Assembly (NCBI GenBank): GCA_050633305.1
Contig: JBOEGF010000013.1
Location: 160,001-224,000, forward strand
DNA: 64,000 bases
From: Nannocystales bacterium
GTDB lineage: Bacteria > Myxococcota_A > Polyangia > Nannocystales > Nannocystaceae
Reading direction: 5' to 3'
Shown: piece after piece, positions 63,219 through 64,000 of the stretch
Layout: each line of letters opens with the position of its first letter
Position numbering within the stretch: the stretch's first letter is position 1
The notes under the pieces: generated by a model
Seen by the model: the letters and a program-made list of their open reading frames with translations, nothing else
Databases searched by the model: none
What the model was told of the DNA's origin: nothing
Program-made: the position numbers and the translations under genes

Positions 63219-64000
63219 TCAGCCGGCGGGCAGGCTGTTGATCCACGCGTCCACCGCTGCGACCCCTTCGTCGTCTACGACCTCGGTCGCCAAAGGGGGC
63301 ATCTGCGCAGCTCCCATGCCGCCACCGTCCCGCTGGCCCATCCGCCACGGCACCGCGCTGTCGGCCGGGCTCCCCGCGAGAATTCGATAATCCGGGATGC
63401 CCATCACCGCCGACATCCCGATATCGACGCCCACCGTGTCGATGTACGTCGGCGTCTGCGTGACCGCATCGTGGCCCACCGTCACAAACAACCGCATCCC
63501 GCCCGAGGGGGTGTCACCACCATGGCAGTGCCCGCAGTTTGCGTGCAGCACTCCCAGCGCCGCCTCAGCTGTGGCGTCGCCCGGAATGACCGCATCTGCG
63601 GACGCGACCGCGGTGGTGAGCAGCCCGTCCGCTGCGAGCGAGTCCAGCGTCACGTCCGTGTCGTCGTGGTTGAGCTGCAATGCGCTGAACCCGAGCACCG
63701 CGTCGTGCGTCGCCCCCCCGCCTCCCATCCCGCCTTCACCACCGTTGTGGCACTGCGAGCAGTCCGCCACAGCAGGAATGTCGTGGTCGGTGCCCAGCAC
63801 ATTCTCCGAGCCGTTCATGACCGCGGTCACCGCATCGCCCGCCTCGTTCCACTCGAACGTCTCGAACGCCCACGCACCTGGCCCGACGTCGTCGGACATC
63901 TTCTCGATGCGCCGCGTCTCCAGCCGAGCCCCGTCGGCCGTCTCGAAGTGTTTCCACAACACGGTGCCGACAGGGAACGACCAGTAGTCCGCGTCTGAGC
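63219..64000 (-). CDS. Diheme c-type cytochrome domain protein (partial, starts beyond the window)
   Basis: WSFPVGTVLWKHF...ETR; CSQCH and ANCGHCH heme motifs; QMPPLA...AWINSL. Confidence 0.85.
   Translation of the reverse strand, partial: SDADYWSFPVGTVLWKHFETADGARLETRRIEKMSDDVGPGAWAFETFEWNEAGDAVTAVMNGSENVLGTDHDIPAVADCSQCHNGGEGGMGGGGATHDAVLGFSALQLNHDDTDVTLDSLAADGLLTTAVASADAVIPGDATAEAALGVLHANCGHCHGGDTPSGGMRLFVTVGHDAVTQTPTYIDTVGVDIGMSAVMGIPDYRILAGSPADSAVPWRMGQRDGGGMGAAQMPPLATEVVDDEGVAAVDAWINSLPAG

Overview
High-GC (visually ~65-68%) bacterial DNA. The gene content (many Ser/Thr kinase-TPR proteins, ECF sigma factors, Cys-rich lipoproteins, an AgmX/PglI-type C-terminal domain) suggests a myxobacterium; this is inference. 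From left to right the window holds: a chemosensory cluster (partial cheA, soluble MCP, cheY, cheX) divergent from a RedB-like thioredoxin-fold protein plus a membrane-anchored CheA-like kinase lacking CheW; a second cheY/cheX-like pair; nadA; egtB-egtD; ECF sigma-ECF sigma-Ser/Thr kinase; a VIT/vWA multidomain protein; katG; a papain-family protease; a CRTAC1-like protein; a short Hsp70 plus J-protein; a second kinase; and lhr. The most striking structure is a ~10.8 kb accessory island (~44450-55400) bounded by a ~100 bp direct repeat of the 3' end of an araC-family gene, with the left copy interrupted by a CTAG-flanked palindromic MITE. The island has no integrase. It carries three overlapping remnants of an ISCR/IS91-like HUH transposase, interleaved with intact lipoprotein and peptidase genes and short pieces of unrelated genes (GH15, alpha/beta-hydrolase, Ntox28 toxin plus immunity, plsX, FG-GAP), several joined exactly at element-derived sequence. 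No rRNA, tRNA or CRISPR array was recognised. All family calls are from motif recognition by eye, not database searches, and start codons are best estimates.
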